A DNA stretch of 63,728 bases, counting the filler, from Phoronis australis (taxonomy: Eukaryota > Animalia > Phoronida), in assembly GCA_002633005.1 (NCBI GenBank). It is 9 parts of 9 records of this genome, joined end to end, with 100 filler letters (N's around TTAATTAATTAA, not from the genome) between each part and the next. Parts side by side here need not be neighbours in the genome. Positions count along the whole stretch, not along the records: positions 1 to 25,393 come from NMRA01001144.1; 8 more parts are not named here. The stretch is one strand, 5' to 3'. Positions 12,901 to 24,895 of the stretch are shown here, one piece after another; within the stretch, counting starts at the first letter, position 1; the number at the start of each line of letters is the position of its first letter. The notes under the pieces were generated by a model. It made no database searches, had not been told where the DNA came from, and was given only the letters and a program-made list of their open reading frames with translations. Made by a program: the position numbers and the translations under genes.

Positions 12901-13002
12901 TGTACTGTAGCTTATGGAGAACGTTGACCGCTGTGCGGTTCCGGCACGTTACAGTTTTTACGCGTGCGACCTGTTTAGATTTTCAGATGTGGAGAACACC
13001 TG
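9984..13002. mobile_element. Non-autonomous hAT element
   Basis: TIR CAGTGTTCTCCAC / GTGGAGAACAC(C)TG; 8-bp TSD AGCCCAGG (9976-9983) / ATCCCAGG (13003-13010); subterminal GTCCTGTTT repeats. Confidence 0.8.
11482..12907. mobile_element. Tc1/mariner-type MITE, copy 2, nested in the hAT element
   Basis: Same TIRs and TA TSD as 2615-4043 and colinear with it throughout. Confidence 0.85.
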
Positions 13003-15630
13003 ATCCCAGGTATCAAGAATAAGTACTGCCAGACAAATCTAGTGGTGGGTTATCCCCACCAGACACGCCCAAGTACCTGAGTTGAACTAAATCAACCCAC
13101 CGTGTAACCATTTGAAACCAATCGACCGATGTGCAGCATCACATGCACGTGGCATAACAGTAAGATGCCCTAATCAGACAAATAAAGTCGAAACAAAATT
13201 GATTATACATGTAAGCCCATTCACAATGAATAACCATCACATTGAGGAACCAGGCACTTCGATTTTTAATAAAGCCACGGAGTCCGTACGACATAGGTTA
13301 CCACAAAAGTTGAAAGATTTTTGTCTGCAAGTTTACGTCAGGGCATGAAAACTAGAAACATCGCGCCTGGTGTCACAGCGACCTCACAAGTCTACACGAA
13401 AACAATGGAATACTCCACATGATTCACTTTTAAATAGCACATAGTGTTTGCACGAATTTCGATCTTTTGTTGTCTATTTTACCATTCTAAGCTGCGTCCC
13501 TCTATTTTCGGACGAGTCATTTGATGTTACCGTTAAAACGAATAATAACCAAAATGCGGTCTTTTACTGTCTTCTGCGTTATGTATGCGCGCCAACTACC
13601 TTCATTTCACCCAGTGATTAATGGCAAATTTGGCAAAACTTATCAGTTTTGGGCAATATCCATCTTTATGGTAAACCGAACCCACTTTTTGTCTTTATAG
13701 TAATTATAACACACGTTCGAATTAATTACTCATAGATTTTCGTTATGGTATTCAGTCACTGCGGCGACGGCCCCGGGCATCCACATTGGCGGAGGGGGTT
13801 GCAGTTGAATTAAATAAAGATTCTAGTTCATGCTTCACCTTTGACAGTCCTGTAGGTCCAGCCCCAGCATATTCGTTAAACATGTGATATGAATGGATAA
13901 TAACAACAAAATTGTTGCAGCTACTGGTGCAATTGTGCAATTACTACAATGATCCATGTAACTAAGTTAGTAATAATTTTAAATTTGCCTCTAATTCAAA
14001 GCGCTTCACGTGTTATCGGGTCGTACTCGGCAAACTTCGCCCGAGTACCAGTCTGTTTGTGTAGATGACAGGATCGTGTATATGATAAGGAGGAGGCTTT
14101 ATGTTATTCATAAACCATGTGCGTGGTGGCTACACCAAAGAGTAACAAGTGAGTCCAAATGTGAATGTCTATACCTAAGCATAAAAGTCTAACCCTATGA
14201 CCTTAGTAATTTTGTAAATAGCATTGAGAGAGTTCCCAAAAAATAGAGCGGTGTAAATGCCTTAAACTCGACCAAGAAACAAAACAGCAGAAATTTGAGA
14301 TTTGTTATTCTGCAATTTTAGTTTTCATTGAAAGCACAGTACGGTAGAGGTGTAGGCATTTTCAAATTTTGAATTGAAGGTGATCGTCAAAAATCCTGTT
14401 ATATTGTTCATCCAGTGTACTCTTTGATTGTTAATTGGTTGAGTGATATGAATGCCTTTACATGTTTGAACGTTTCTGTTGTTTTAAATGAGCATGCCAC
14501 CCAAAATCAACCTAATTTGTATCAATTTAGATCAAGTAGTTCTACTCCATAACGACACGTACGGTTGCGTTACCTGACACCTGGCGGCAGACGGAGGTGT
14601 TGAAGTTATCCAGTGACGTCATCGGTTTCACACGCAGTCTGTTCAGCAGTTCACAACATGGGTTAACTGGTTTCAGCTTATCGCTTGAAGTCATCGTTTA
14701 ACACCAATAAATCAACAAACTTCGATGTAAACCCTTAAAAATACACCGAGCTCTTATAAAAACGTGTTGTTTTATTTCGCTCTTACGGATTTATTGGTAT
14801 TTGGACACACCGTAGCCTACAAAATTCGGCAGGCCAATAAGGTCCGTAGCAGGAGTTTGGGGTCTGTTCGGAGATAATTTCGAAGTATTTTCCGTGAGAT
14901 ACAGACAGGAGAAACTATATCTGTGTTGTTTAGACTTGTGATTTTTTGAGCTCTAAACACAAAACGCTTGTTATCCTGGCCAGTGGCTCGGAACCCAATC
15001 AGGCCCGTGGTGGCCGCCCGGATTGATTCGTTATCCCAGCCAGTGGCTCGGAAACTGATCAGACATCACGAACATAAACGAGCCAAAGTTCAGTGGAAAC
15101 TAAACTTCTAGTCAAGAATATACTATACTAGTGAGCCAAAGTATTATGTGGTTGTGATTGTGTTGGTGAATTTAATCCACGAAAACTGCAAATCTACTTA
15201 CTGGTCGGGGGCCGCGAATTCACGTTCCGCTTTGGCCACAGCACCGTCTGAAGGGCAGAAGTTGTACATTGACAATCATTGTTTGAGTAATGTAAATGTA
15301 AATAAAGATTCCCCTAACACCTGGCCGTGGGATGGAAATCGAGTTGTTTCAAAACAGTTTCTGCCAGCAATTAAAACTCTAAATTAACATGAGCTCACAC
15401 GGCCTCGGACGTCCCGTCAATTAGTTTTATTGCACCTAAAGCCGGTGACACAGTGATTTATCCATTACTGGCTTTTCAAATCATTTGCACTGAGTGTCTC
15501 ATGAACACTCCAAAGACATCACAAATTGCATCTAATGAGACAGACTTTGTTTCAGATTCATATAAGTATTGGTTAGGGTGAGAATTCTATAATTCGTTTT
15601 GAAACAGAACGCTCAGTAATAAACGCCAAC

Positions 15631-15800
15631 ATGGCAACTCGCTATTCCGACTTAGGATGAGCTATAGAGCTCATCAGTCCCGACTTTGCAGGTGGATCGT
15701 TAAGTTTTACAGGCTATTGATTCGAACAGGAATATAGTGATGAAGAAATTACAGGCGCCGTGAAAAAGCTCAGACAACGGAACGTATGGAGTTGTTTTGT
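15631..15800 (+). pseudogene. Decayed KolX/P2X7-ballast-like N-terminus
   Basis: One frame reads MATRYSDLG*..GY*FEQEYSDEEI..NVWSC, resembling GYMFEPEY..SWCKC in the 4960-5395 ORF. Confidence 0.35.
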
Positions 15801-16216
15801 AAGCCTGCATTCGTCAGATAGAGTTTAGGACGGGTTTTCAGAAGATAATTTCCATTTTTCGCCATGACGTCTACTTTTTGAATTATTCGAGATTTTCTGA
15901 TAGCGCTGTTCCTTTGTTGACATGCTCTTGCTGCACTGATGTTGGTTTAGCTTCTGTTGAACAAGACCATACAGACATTGCTCATGGAGGCAGCATTTTT
16001 CGACGTGCAGGACTGAACATTCATTTGGTACGATTATTATAGCACACAAGCACTAAATTTGCACTGTAAATCTTTAACTTCCTGTCAAAGATGGTGGAAA
16101 TATCGGCAATGGCGCATGCGCACCTCGATAACCTCGAAAACGTTTTCTCCTGTAGAGGGCGCATTGGCGAACCAATCATTTTCAAACTGTTCACGTGTTT
16201 GTTGCTTTTGATCAGC

Positions 16217-18544
16217 TTTTATTATGCGCCCACATATTTATATGTGTACGCATTATGCCGTCATCTCCGTCTGTCCGTCCGTCCGGGCGGCGTCCGTCCG
16301 GCGTCCGCTGCTTTATCTCCAAAACCGTTTGATATACGTTCATGAAATTTGTCACCTATGTTCCATTCATGAATGGGACGGCATATGCGAACTTTCAGAC
16401 AGATCCGATTACCGGTGTGCCCCCTAGTGGCAATTTTAGTTTTTTACGCTTACCTTTGTATCTTCAAAAGTCCTGAATGGATTTTCATGAAATTTGGTAT
16501 GTAGGCACCTATTAATAAGATGACGCTATCATCCTGTTTTCAGATGGATTCGACATAGTTTGCGCCACCTAGTGGCCATTTTTAGTGTTTTCGAGTCTGT
16601 ATTTTTGCGTCCACCCCTGTATCGACCAAACCGCTCAAAGGATGATTGTGAAAATTGGCATGTACATGTATATGCTTACTATGTAGAGGACGGTTGACGA
16701 TGATTTTCCGACGATTTCGACTACTGTGGCGCCTCCTAGTGGCAGTTTTTTTTGCGCCTATGGCTGTATCTCCTAAACCGTTCGCAAGATCTTTACAAAA
16801 TTGTGTAAGTATATTTAGGTGATGTTAACAACGGAAGATGACGACTTCTGGATGGATCCGACTACTGGTGTGCCCCCTAGTGGCAATTTATTTTTTTTAC
16901 GCTTACCGTTGTATCTTCAAAAGACCCAGTCTCCAATCTTTTTACTCGAAATGGAACCCGAAATTAGGTTTGGCATTTTCTACTCTACTTTTGGGCGAAC
17001 TCAAGATAAGTGGCTATTATTCTATGCTCAAGTACACAATAACTTACGTAGATAATTTATTGCCCTTAGTTCACAGGTTGTAAAGCAATAAGTTTGAGTT
17101 TGAACTCGAAATTTCGAGTTTTTACTCGAGTTTGTAGCACAAATATAAGGGTCTTCAAGGGCAAACTTGAACTAGAAACTCCTTTGCATAAACTATAATG
17201 TATTCAAGCACAGTCTGATAACCAATTATCTTAAGTTCGCACAAAAGGAGCAGAGAAATTGCCAAAAATAGTTTCGAGTTCGTTTCGCGTACAAAGATTA
17301 GAGACTGGGCCCCTGAATGGATTTTCATGAAATTTGGTATATAGGCACCTATTAGTAAGATGACGCTATCCTCCTGTTTTCAGATGGATTCGACATAGTT
17401 TGCGCCACCTAGTGGCCATTTTTACTGTTTTCGAGTCTGTATTTTTGCGTCCACCCCTCTATCAACCAAACCGCTCAAAGGATGATTGTGAAAATTGATG
17501 TGTATGTGCTTACTATAAAGAGGACAGCTGTCAATGATTTTCAGACGATTTGGACTACTGTGGCGCCTCCTAGTGGTATTTTTTTGCGCTTATGGCTGTA
17601 TCTCCTTAACCGTTCTCAGGATCTTTACAAAATTTAATAAGTGTATTTATATTATGTTAACAACAGGCGATGACGACCTACCAGTGTGCCCCCTAGTGGC
17701 AATTTTAATTTTTTTATCTTTACCTCTGTATCTTCACAAGTCCTTAACGGATTTTCATGAAATTTGGTATGTAGGCACCTATTAGTGCGATGACGCTATC
17801 CTCCCGTTTTCAGATGGATTTGACCTAGTTTGCAACACCCAGTGGCCATTTTTACTGTTTTTGAGTCTGTTTTTTGGCGTCCACCCCTCTATCAACCAAA
17901 CTGCTATAAGTATGATTGTGAAAATTGGCATGTATGGTGTTACTATGAAGAGGACGGTTGACGCTGAATTTCCCATGACTTTGATTACTGTGGCGCCTCT
18001 TAGTGGCAGATTTTTTGTGCCCATGGCTGTATCTCCCAAATCGTTTGCTGGATCTTTACTAAATTTAGCAAGTGTATTTATGTGATGTTGACAACGGACG
18101 ATGACGACTTAAGTATGATTCTGACTACCGGTAAGCCTCTAGTGGCAATTTTAGTATTTTACATTGACCTCTGTATTTTCATAGGTCTTCAGGTGTATAA
18201 TTTGTGTTACTTCGTGACTATGAAGGAAAATTTCCAAGTACAAATTTGTTTCTGGCATTCTAATGCTGTGCTAATCTCGTATGTTGGTAAATTTGTTTAT
18301 AATTCTATGTTTCTGTGGTGCTTTATGCAACTGATGTATAGGATGTGCTTGTATTATGAAGATCACTCACATTTTGCCCCTAGCCTATTGAGGAGACAAT
18401 GACCATGCCTTTCCATTTTGCAAAGTACAACATACTACATATATGCCCTCTACTGGCCACTTTAAGGTACCAATAAACAACCGTAGAAGGATACCGTATA
18501 CGGTAGAATTGTGGGCGCATTTCAACACTCTGCATTGCTCTTGT
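16217..18544 (+). mobile_element. Helentron-associated (HINE/DINE-1-like) non-autonomous element with internal tandem array
   Basis: T-rich 5' end, subTIR ATGCGCCCACA (16224) / TGTGGGCGCAT (18510), (GTCC)n microsatellite at 16265-16305, internal repeats with GAAATTTGG and CCTAGTGG cores, 3' end ..GCATTGCTCTTGT. Confidence 0.75.
16923..17311. mobile_element. MITE (PIF/Harbinger-like termini) inserted in the HINE array
   Basis: ~50-bp imperfect TIR GACCCAGTCTCCAATCTTT.. / ..AAAGATTAGAGACTGGGCC; interrupts the unit sequence CTTCAAAAG^TCCTGAATGG. Confidence 0.65.
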
Positions 18545-18599
18545 AAAACCAGAAGTCACTTTCAAGATGGCGGCCTGGCGCATTTTCACCCATTTTGGT

Positions 18600-19200
18600 G
18601 TTGCTCATAATCCCCATTATCATCATGATAATCATCGTCGTCGTCATCTCCATCGTCGTCTTTTTGGTTAACTTTGCCAAGTGTCGCTCCTCCGTTGCCA
18701 GTTTACCGGGTGCGTGAACAAGACCACAGGCTATTTCTTACCGATTTGTTCGCTAGTCACATGAATGTTATCGTCTTGTTCATAATCTCCGCCGTCATCA
18801 TCGTCGTCGTCCTCCCCATCATGCTGTTTTCGCGTAATTTTGCCAAGTGTCCCTCTTCCGAGCGCTCTCGCACTGTTGTCAGTTTACCGGGTGCATGAAC
18901 AAGACTGCATACTATTTCTTACTGATTTGTTCGCTAGTCACATGAATGTTATCATGTTGTTCATCATCTCCGCTATCATCGTCGTCCTTCTCCTCCCCAT
19001 CGTCCTGTTTTCGCGTAATTTCGCAAAGTGTGGCTCCTAGCGCACGTTTTTTTGTTTGTTCGCACAATACAGGTTGCAATTTTCGTCCGATCATCACGAA
19101 ATTTACACATAACACGTAGTTTTGGAAATACTGGAAGCCTATTGTTTTTCATCATAATCAGATCCAAGATGGCGGATGTGGCGGCCATTTTGTTTTCATT
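18600..19200. repeat. ~180-bp tandem duplication with (ATC/GTC)n tracts, part of another interspersed element
   Basis: AGTTTACCGGGTGC at 18700 and 18881; TGTTTTCGCGTAATTT at 18826 and 19006. Confidence 0.7.
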
Positions 19201-19204
19201 TTAC

Positions 19205-19540
19205 CCTGTTGAAATGTTTCATGAATGTTCATTAACTATTCATGTACTGTTCATGAAGTAGTTCATGAATAAATTCATGAAAGTTCATAAATGTTCATGA
19301 AATACAAATGAGACAATTCCTGAAATGAAAACTTGGTTCATGAACTAAATTCACCAACTTAATTCATGAACTATCATGAACTAGTTCATGAACATTCCTT
19401 AATTAGTTCATGAACTAGTTCATGAACTTGTCTCATTTGTATTTCATGACCCAAAATTCATGAAAATATTTCATGAACTCCAAGTTCATGAACTAAATTC
19501 GTAATGTAAGTCCATTGAGCTGTATTTCATGAATGATCTT
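19205..19540. repeat. TTCATGAA-rich fold-back repeat
   Basis: More than a dozen TTCATGA(A) palindromes; perfect IR CATGAAATACAAATGAGACAA (19296-19316) / TTGTCTCATTTGTATTTCATG (19428-19448). Confidence 0.75.
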
Positions 19541-20188
19541 GTTCAATAAATGCCATGCTAATGTAAATTAGTGCACTCAGTGATACTGGTTAGCCAATTG
19601 CACCCATAATAACGTCAGTTATAAGTAATATCTTTACTACCATTGATTTCACTTATCATTGAACAACACTTTTTCACACTAATAATATTTGTAAAGCTAT
19701 TACGGAGTACACAATAATTTGAATAAATTCAATGTTAAGGTAGGTAAAAAATCTTTAATTTGAGACAAAATAATTTTCTAAATTGTTATGTTTCTGTTTT
19801 ACTGAAGCTTACCACATTTTTGCAAATATTTCAAAATTTTACCAAATATTGCTTAGTAATAGCCATGAAATACAAACCTTGCTAAAAGTAAAAAAATTTT
19901 TCCTGGAAATTTACTCTTGTTGAGAAATTTGTGTCCCAAGCTGAAAGTTTTTTACTACAATCTTAACAATATACCTAAACAAGTAACAAATATTTAGCAA
20001 TGAACAATGTCTGGGCTAAAGGCAAATCAATCGGACAGTCTGAAACTAAATTAGACCCAGTGGAATGGAAGATGCTTCACAAAATCTCTGAAATAGTCAC
20101 ATTTCTTCTGGTAAACTGGAGGACCAGCTTTATAGGACTAATTGCTGTCTCACTGTCCTAAAAATTGGTGTATTGAAATAAAGATTTA

Positions 20189-20762
20189 TTTGAGAACGTA
20201 GGTTTTGGGCCCATCTTGGTTCATTCGCTGGGGTAATAGCGGAGGATTTCCATGTCATGGCTACCTGTGGGCGGTGCTTGGCCGTTTTCAAACACTACCT
20301 GGTGGCTGTCACTTAAGAGCAGGCACTGGTAAATGGCAGGTAATTCGTAGCCACTGTCTTTGTACAACTGTCTTGTTACTCATGATTCCGACTGATTCTT
20401 GGATTTGCAATTTTAACAAATATTGTGTGAACTATCCACACAGTGTTCTCCCATGGCTGTAAATATACGACATGATATGTTAAATTATTTTTTAGTCTGG
20501 TGGTCCCAGTGGTATCACCAACATATTTCACTTGGCAATCTATGCACTCAATCACATATATAACCCCGCACTTCGTGTTGTCGTCTGACTTACTTTTCGG
20601 CTGGACCAATTTACTTTGTATGGTGCGCTGGTTTGTGCTACGTGTCCACCTGATAATCTCTGAAAATGTTAGTTAATTTTTCCAAGAGTCAGAACGTATG
20701 TAAGCACTATGTTAACTCTAAAAGGGTGAACGTCTTTATGTAGACACATTGAGTCTTGGATC
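20189..20762 (-). mobile_element. Decayed Penelope-like element 3' part (GIY-YIG), left arm
   Basis: LVQPKSK..KCGVIYVIECIDCQVKYVGDT, the Penelope/Poseidon-type endonuclease start. Confidence 0.75.
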
Positions 20763-20790
20763 AAACACCTAGTTGGAAGTAGTCATGCTC

Positions 20791-21440
20791 GATCCAAGAC
20801 CCAATGTGTAAGGAGGTTGAAACTTCTGGAATTTGTTGCCCTTCCATACGTTCACAATACCTCAGGAATACTGTCTAACATTTTCAGAGAACACCACGTA
20901 GGCACATACCGTAAACCATTCAACACCCTACAGAGTGTGTTGGTCCACCCGAAAGACACTTCATAAGACAACAAGAGGGGACGGGTGGGGTGATATAATA
21001 TATATTTATATCAGTATACATGATCGAGTGCCCAGATTCTCCAGGGAAATATGTTGCTTAGATCGACTCGGAATTTAGGAACCAAACTAAAACAACATTT
21101 CAACACATCATCTGGCATCCTTACAGTCGTAGAATACTGTATGGATACTTCACACATAGTTTGTAAACCCACAGTTAAAACATTATTTTGAAAGAAGCAA
21201 TATTAGAACTGCAAAATTCCAGAATCAGTTGAAATCAAGAGTAAGAAGTGTCAAGTGAGAGATGAACAGAGACAGTGTCTATGGATAACCTGCCATTTAC
21301 CAATACCTCCTCTCAAGAGATAGCCACCATGTAGTATGTCACAACTGCCAGGAACAGCCCCAGGTGGTCACGATAGAGAAATCCTCACCACTACCCCAAC
21401 TAAAGGTGCGCAGGATGCCCTGAAAACTAGGTTCTCAAAT
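20791..21440 (+). mobile_element. Decayed Penelope-like element 3' part, right arm
   Basis: VALPYVHNTSGILSNIFREHHVGTYRKPFNTLQSVLVHPKD, the typical linker before the PLE GIY-YIG; homologous to the reverse complement of the left arm. Confidence 0.8.
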
Positions 21441-22353
21441 ATAACCAGGCCTCTGATAGGAAATAATCGTTGTATGTATATAACACCGCTGGCAATGAAC
21501 ATTCATTCTACAACCTGTGTACTGTGTGATTTGTGGTAACGAACGACAAAAACTTTGCACAGCTCCAGCTGGCCCCGTTGCTCCGGCACTTAGGTCTGAC
21601 CTTTTTTCACCACTATAAATTAATTTCCATGCCTGGATCTCAGCATGTGTTTTACATATTTTATTTCTTGCACATGCATTGCAACTTATAGTTACTGAGC
21701 ATACTAGTGTCAATGGAATCCAACCAATTCACGGACAGTACGGTGATAACACCATTCTCACTGAAAAAAACACCTTTTCCAGGTTTCGTCTATGGGTATT
21801 AGTGGGAAAATTGGATCAACAACTTCTCTTGCTCTCTGTGTAGCAGATGATATAATCGTAGCCACTTGCTTGGAGGATTTGCATTTTGTGACTGTTCATA
21901 GTTGTACATGTACACGTGTCAGTTTGAGGCACGTTGATGCTCGTCAAAACAATTAACTTGAGTACGATTTCTCCCACTGGAAAATATTAGTGATGAAAGA
22001 CGACGATTGAAGCCAAACAACATGGAAATAATATCCAAGTTTCACATTTTGAAAACTTTACAGATCTGTCACAATCTCAAGCACAATATTCAAACAGGAC
22101 TTTTGAAGTTTCACCAACTTGTACCTGAGACAATTTGTCTTCCAAAATGGTCACCTCCACTCAGTTCTGTAGTAAAACCATGTCTACAAATATGTGGCCA
22201 GAAAATAGTTCTTCATATGGATCAATGATGATGACACATGTTGAGGTGCTGGTTTTTGTCTGTCAGACTAATGTCAGATTTTCTCAATTGTGCACCAAAT
22301 TTTGCTTATTAAAGATATGAATACTTAATATAAAACTTAAATGTAATTTGCAG

Positions 22354-22389
22354 ACACTATTAAGCCAACTGGAAGTGGAGAAGGTGGAG
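22354..22389 (+). CDS. 36-nt micro-exon 1, (D)TIKPTGSGEGG
   Basis: tttgcAG|...GGAG|GTATGT; open in phase 1-1. Confidence 0.7.
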
Positions 22390-23355
22390 GTATGTCAATA
22401 TTTTTCTCAAATTTAAAAACTTAACATTAGGCAGACAATACCCCACTTTCAAGCATCAACAACACCAGTTTCCTATCAATGCAATTGGAGTTGTTCTTCC
22501 AAACTGCAAATCCCCCTGTACGAACTCAGGTTTTCCTGATGAACACTGGTAGTGTTAGCTCTTCTATTGATTACATGAGGCATTAGTTTTAGGTATTGCT
22601 TTAGGCCCCGATGTCCAAACTACCATGACATTGTTGAAAACATAATTTTCCAAATGTTGCGGAAATGGCGTAAGGAATGAAGTAAACCAAATAGTACACT
22701 TTGTTGAAGGGACCTCCCAGGGAAATGCTATTACCTTCCCAAGTACAGAACTGTCTTTTTATTGATTTTACGCTAATGCATTTATAAGGTATTTCAATTA
22801 CATAATAGTGGTATAGTGACTTATTTGCAACTTGTAAAAGCATGTTCATTTTCTTATTTGGCTGTTTTTTTTTTAATTTGAATTTTCTTAGTCACACGGC
22901 TACAGTCCACTTTTCTTATGAGTTCATCCAACTTTCTCTTATTGGGGCTGACTTCTTTGTGAACATGTTTCGCACGTTTGTTAGATCATCATTTGTTGGA
23001 AAGTACTCCTGCTCCACCAGGGAATTTGTTGCAATGGGTACTTTTAGAACCTAATCCACATGGTGGCGCTATGACTATGTCAAACATGTCAGGATTCCCA
23101 GTCCTGGCTCCTCTAACTACAGATCAACAAGTGTTTTGGTACTAAGACAAAGAAATTTGTGAACGCCTTTGATGCTAAAGTTTCGTTTCATTTCTTTCAG
23201 TGTAGTATGAATAAGAAAAAGCAGACATACCTGCATGTACAACCACAATAAAATTTTGCCTCTTGCTTTTTCATTTCTTTTGAGCCTAAACTTTGAAGTA
23301 TAGATACGTACATTGTATAAGAATATTCATGGTGCAACTAAATTTTGATTTACAG

Positions 23356-23391
23356 ATACTGTTAAGCCAACAGAAAATGGAAAAAGTGGAG
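23356..23391 (+). CDS. 36-nt micro-exon 2, (D)TVKPTENGKSG
   Basis: tttacAG|...GGAG|GTATGA; open in phase 1-1. Confidence 0.7.
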
Positions 23392-24352
23392 GTATGAAAT
23401 ATTTTTCTCAATTTTAAAAACTTAACATTATTCAGACAATACCCCACTTTCAAGCATCAACAGCACCAGTTTCCTGTCAATGCAATTGGAGTTGTTCTTC
23501 CAAACTGCAAATCCCCCTGTACGAACTCAGGTTTTCCTGATGAACACTGGTAGTGTTAGCTCTTCTATTGATTACATCAGGCATTAGTGGTAGGTATTGC
23601 TTTAGGCCCCGATGTCCAAACTACCATGACATTGTTGAAAACATAATTTTCCAAATGTTGCGGAAATGGTGCAAGGAATGAAATAAACTGAATAGTACAC
23701 TTTGTTGAAGGGACCTCTTAGGGAAATGCTATTACCTTCCCAAGTATCAGAACTGTCTTTTTATTGATTTTACGCTAACTCATTTATAAGGTATTTCAAT
23801 TACATAATAGTAGTATGGTGCCTTTTATTTGCAACTTGTAAAAGCATGTTCATTTTCTAATTTGGATGTTTTTTTAATTTCAATTGCTTAGTCACGCAGC
23901 TACAGTCCACTTTTCTTATGAGTTAATCCAATTTTCTCCCATCGGGGCTGACTTCTTTGTGAACATGTTTCGCAGGTTTTGTTAGGTCATCATTTGTTGG
24001 AAGGTACTCCTGCTCCACCAGGGAATTTGTTGTGATGGGTACTTTTAGAACCTAATCCACATGGTGGCGCTATGACTATGTCAAACATGTCAGGATTCCC
24101 AGTCCTGGCTGCTCTAACTACAGATCAACAAGTTTTTTGGTGCTAAGACAGAGAAATTTGTGAACGCCTTTGGTGCTAAAGTTTAGTTTCATTTCTTTCA
24201 GTTTAGTATAAATAAGAAAAAGTAGACATAGCTGTACAACCACTATAAAATTTCGCCTCTTGCTTTTTCATTTCCTCTGTGCCTCAATTTTGAAGTATAG
24301 ATACGTACATTGTATAAGAATATTCATGGTGCAACTAAATTATGATTTACAG

Positions 24353-24388
24353 ATACCGTTAAGCCAACAGAAAATGGAAAAGGTGGAG
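24353..24388 (+). CDS. 36-nt micro-exon 3, (D)TVKPTENGKGG
   Basis: tttacAG|...GGAG|GTATGA; open in phase 1-1. Confidence 0.7.
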
Positions 24389-24895
24389 GTATGAAATATT
24401 TTTCTCTAACTCAAAATTAACTTTAATCTCTGAAGACTGATCATATAAGTAGGTAAACCACATGCCACTCTCAAAAGAGTGTTTGACCAAGTGAGAAGTA
24501 AGAAATACTGGGAAAGCAAAGAAAGCTACCTGTATGTTCAAACTTTCATACTGAGTGATATTGCAGCATTCAGGGAGTGTATATCAATAGTCTCACTTTA
24601 GTTTGGCAAAGTGATTATTACAGTATGATCGAGAACCTTAACCCTAGAAAACCCTTTTGCTGTGGGAAGATGAACTATTACGACTGGCATGAGTTTGATC
24701 TTGGCAACTCGCCTTTTGTGGCATAGACGTTCTGAACACAAGATAGATGTCAACTGTACCCTACCCTTTCTACCAACACTCAGCAGTCTATATTAAGTTT
24801 GCGTGTTTCACTGGCGCACAGTGACTATTCGTCACTTGTGTGGAGACTCCACTTTTATAAGAAAATTTAATGTAAAGCTAAATTATGGTTTACAG

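Larger units (their letters stand above)
9350..13175 (+). repeat. ~140-bp tandem repeat array (6 units), split by an insertion at 9984-13002
   Basis: GAGCTARATC unit starts near 9356, 9500, 9640, 9781, 9920 and 13084; unit 5 resumes in register after 13002. Confidence 0.85.
22330..24410 (+). repeat. ~1.0-kb tandem duplication (exon + intron unit), two full units plus the start of a third
   Basis: 22351-23352 is colinear with 23353-24349 at high identity. Confidence 0.9.

Noticed and set aside
22537-22562. CTGATGA followed by hairpin ACACT-GGT-AGTGT (also ~23537)
   Set aside because: No GAAA after the stem, so not a hammerhead.
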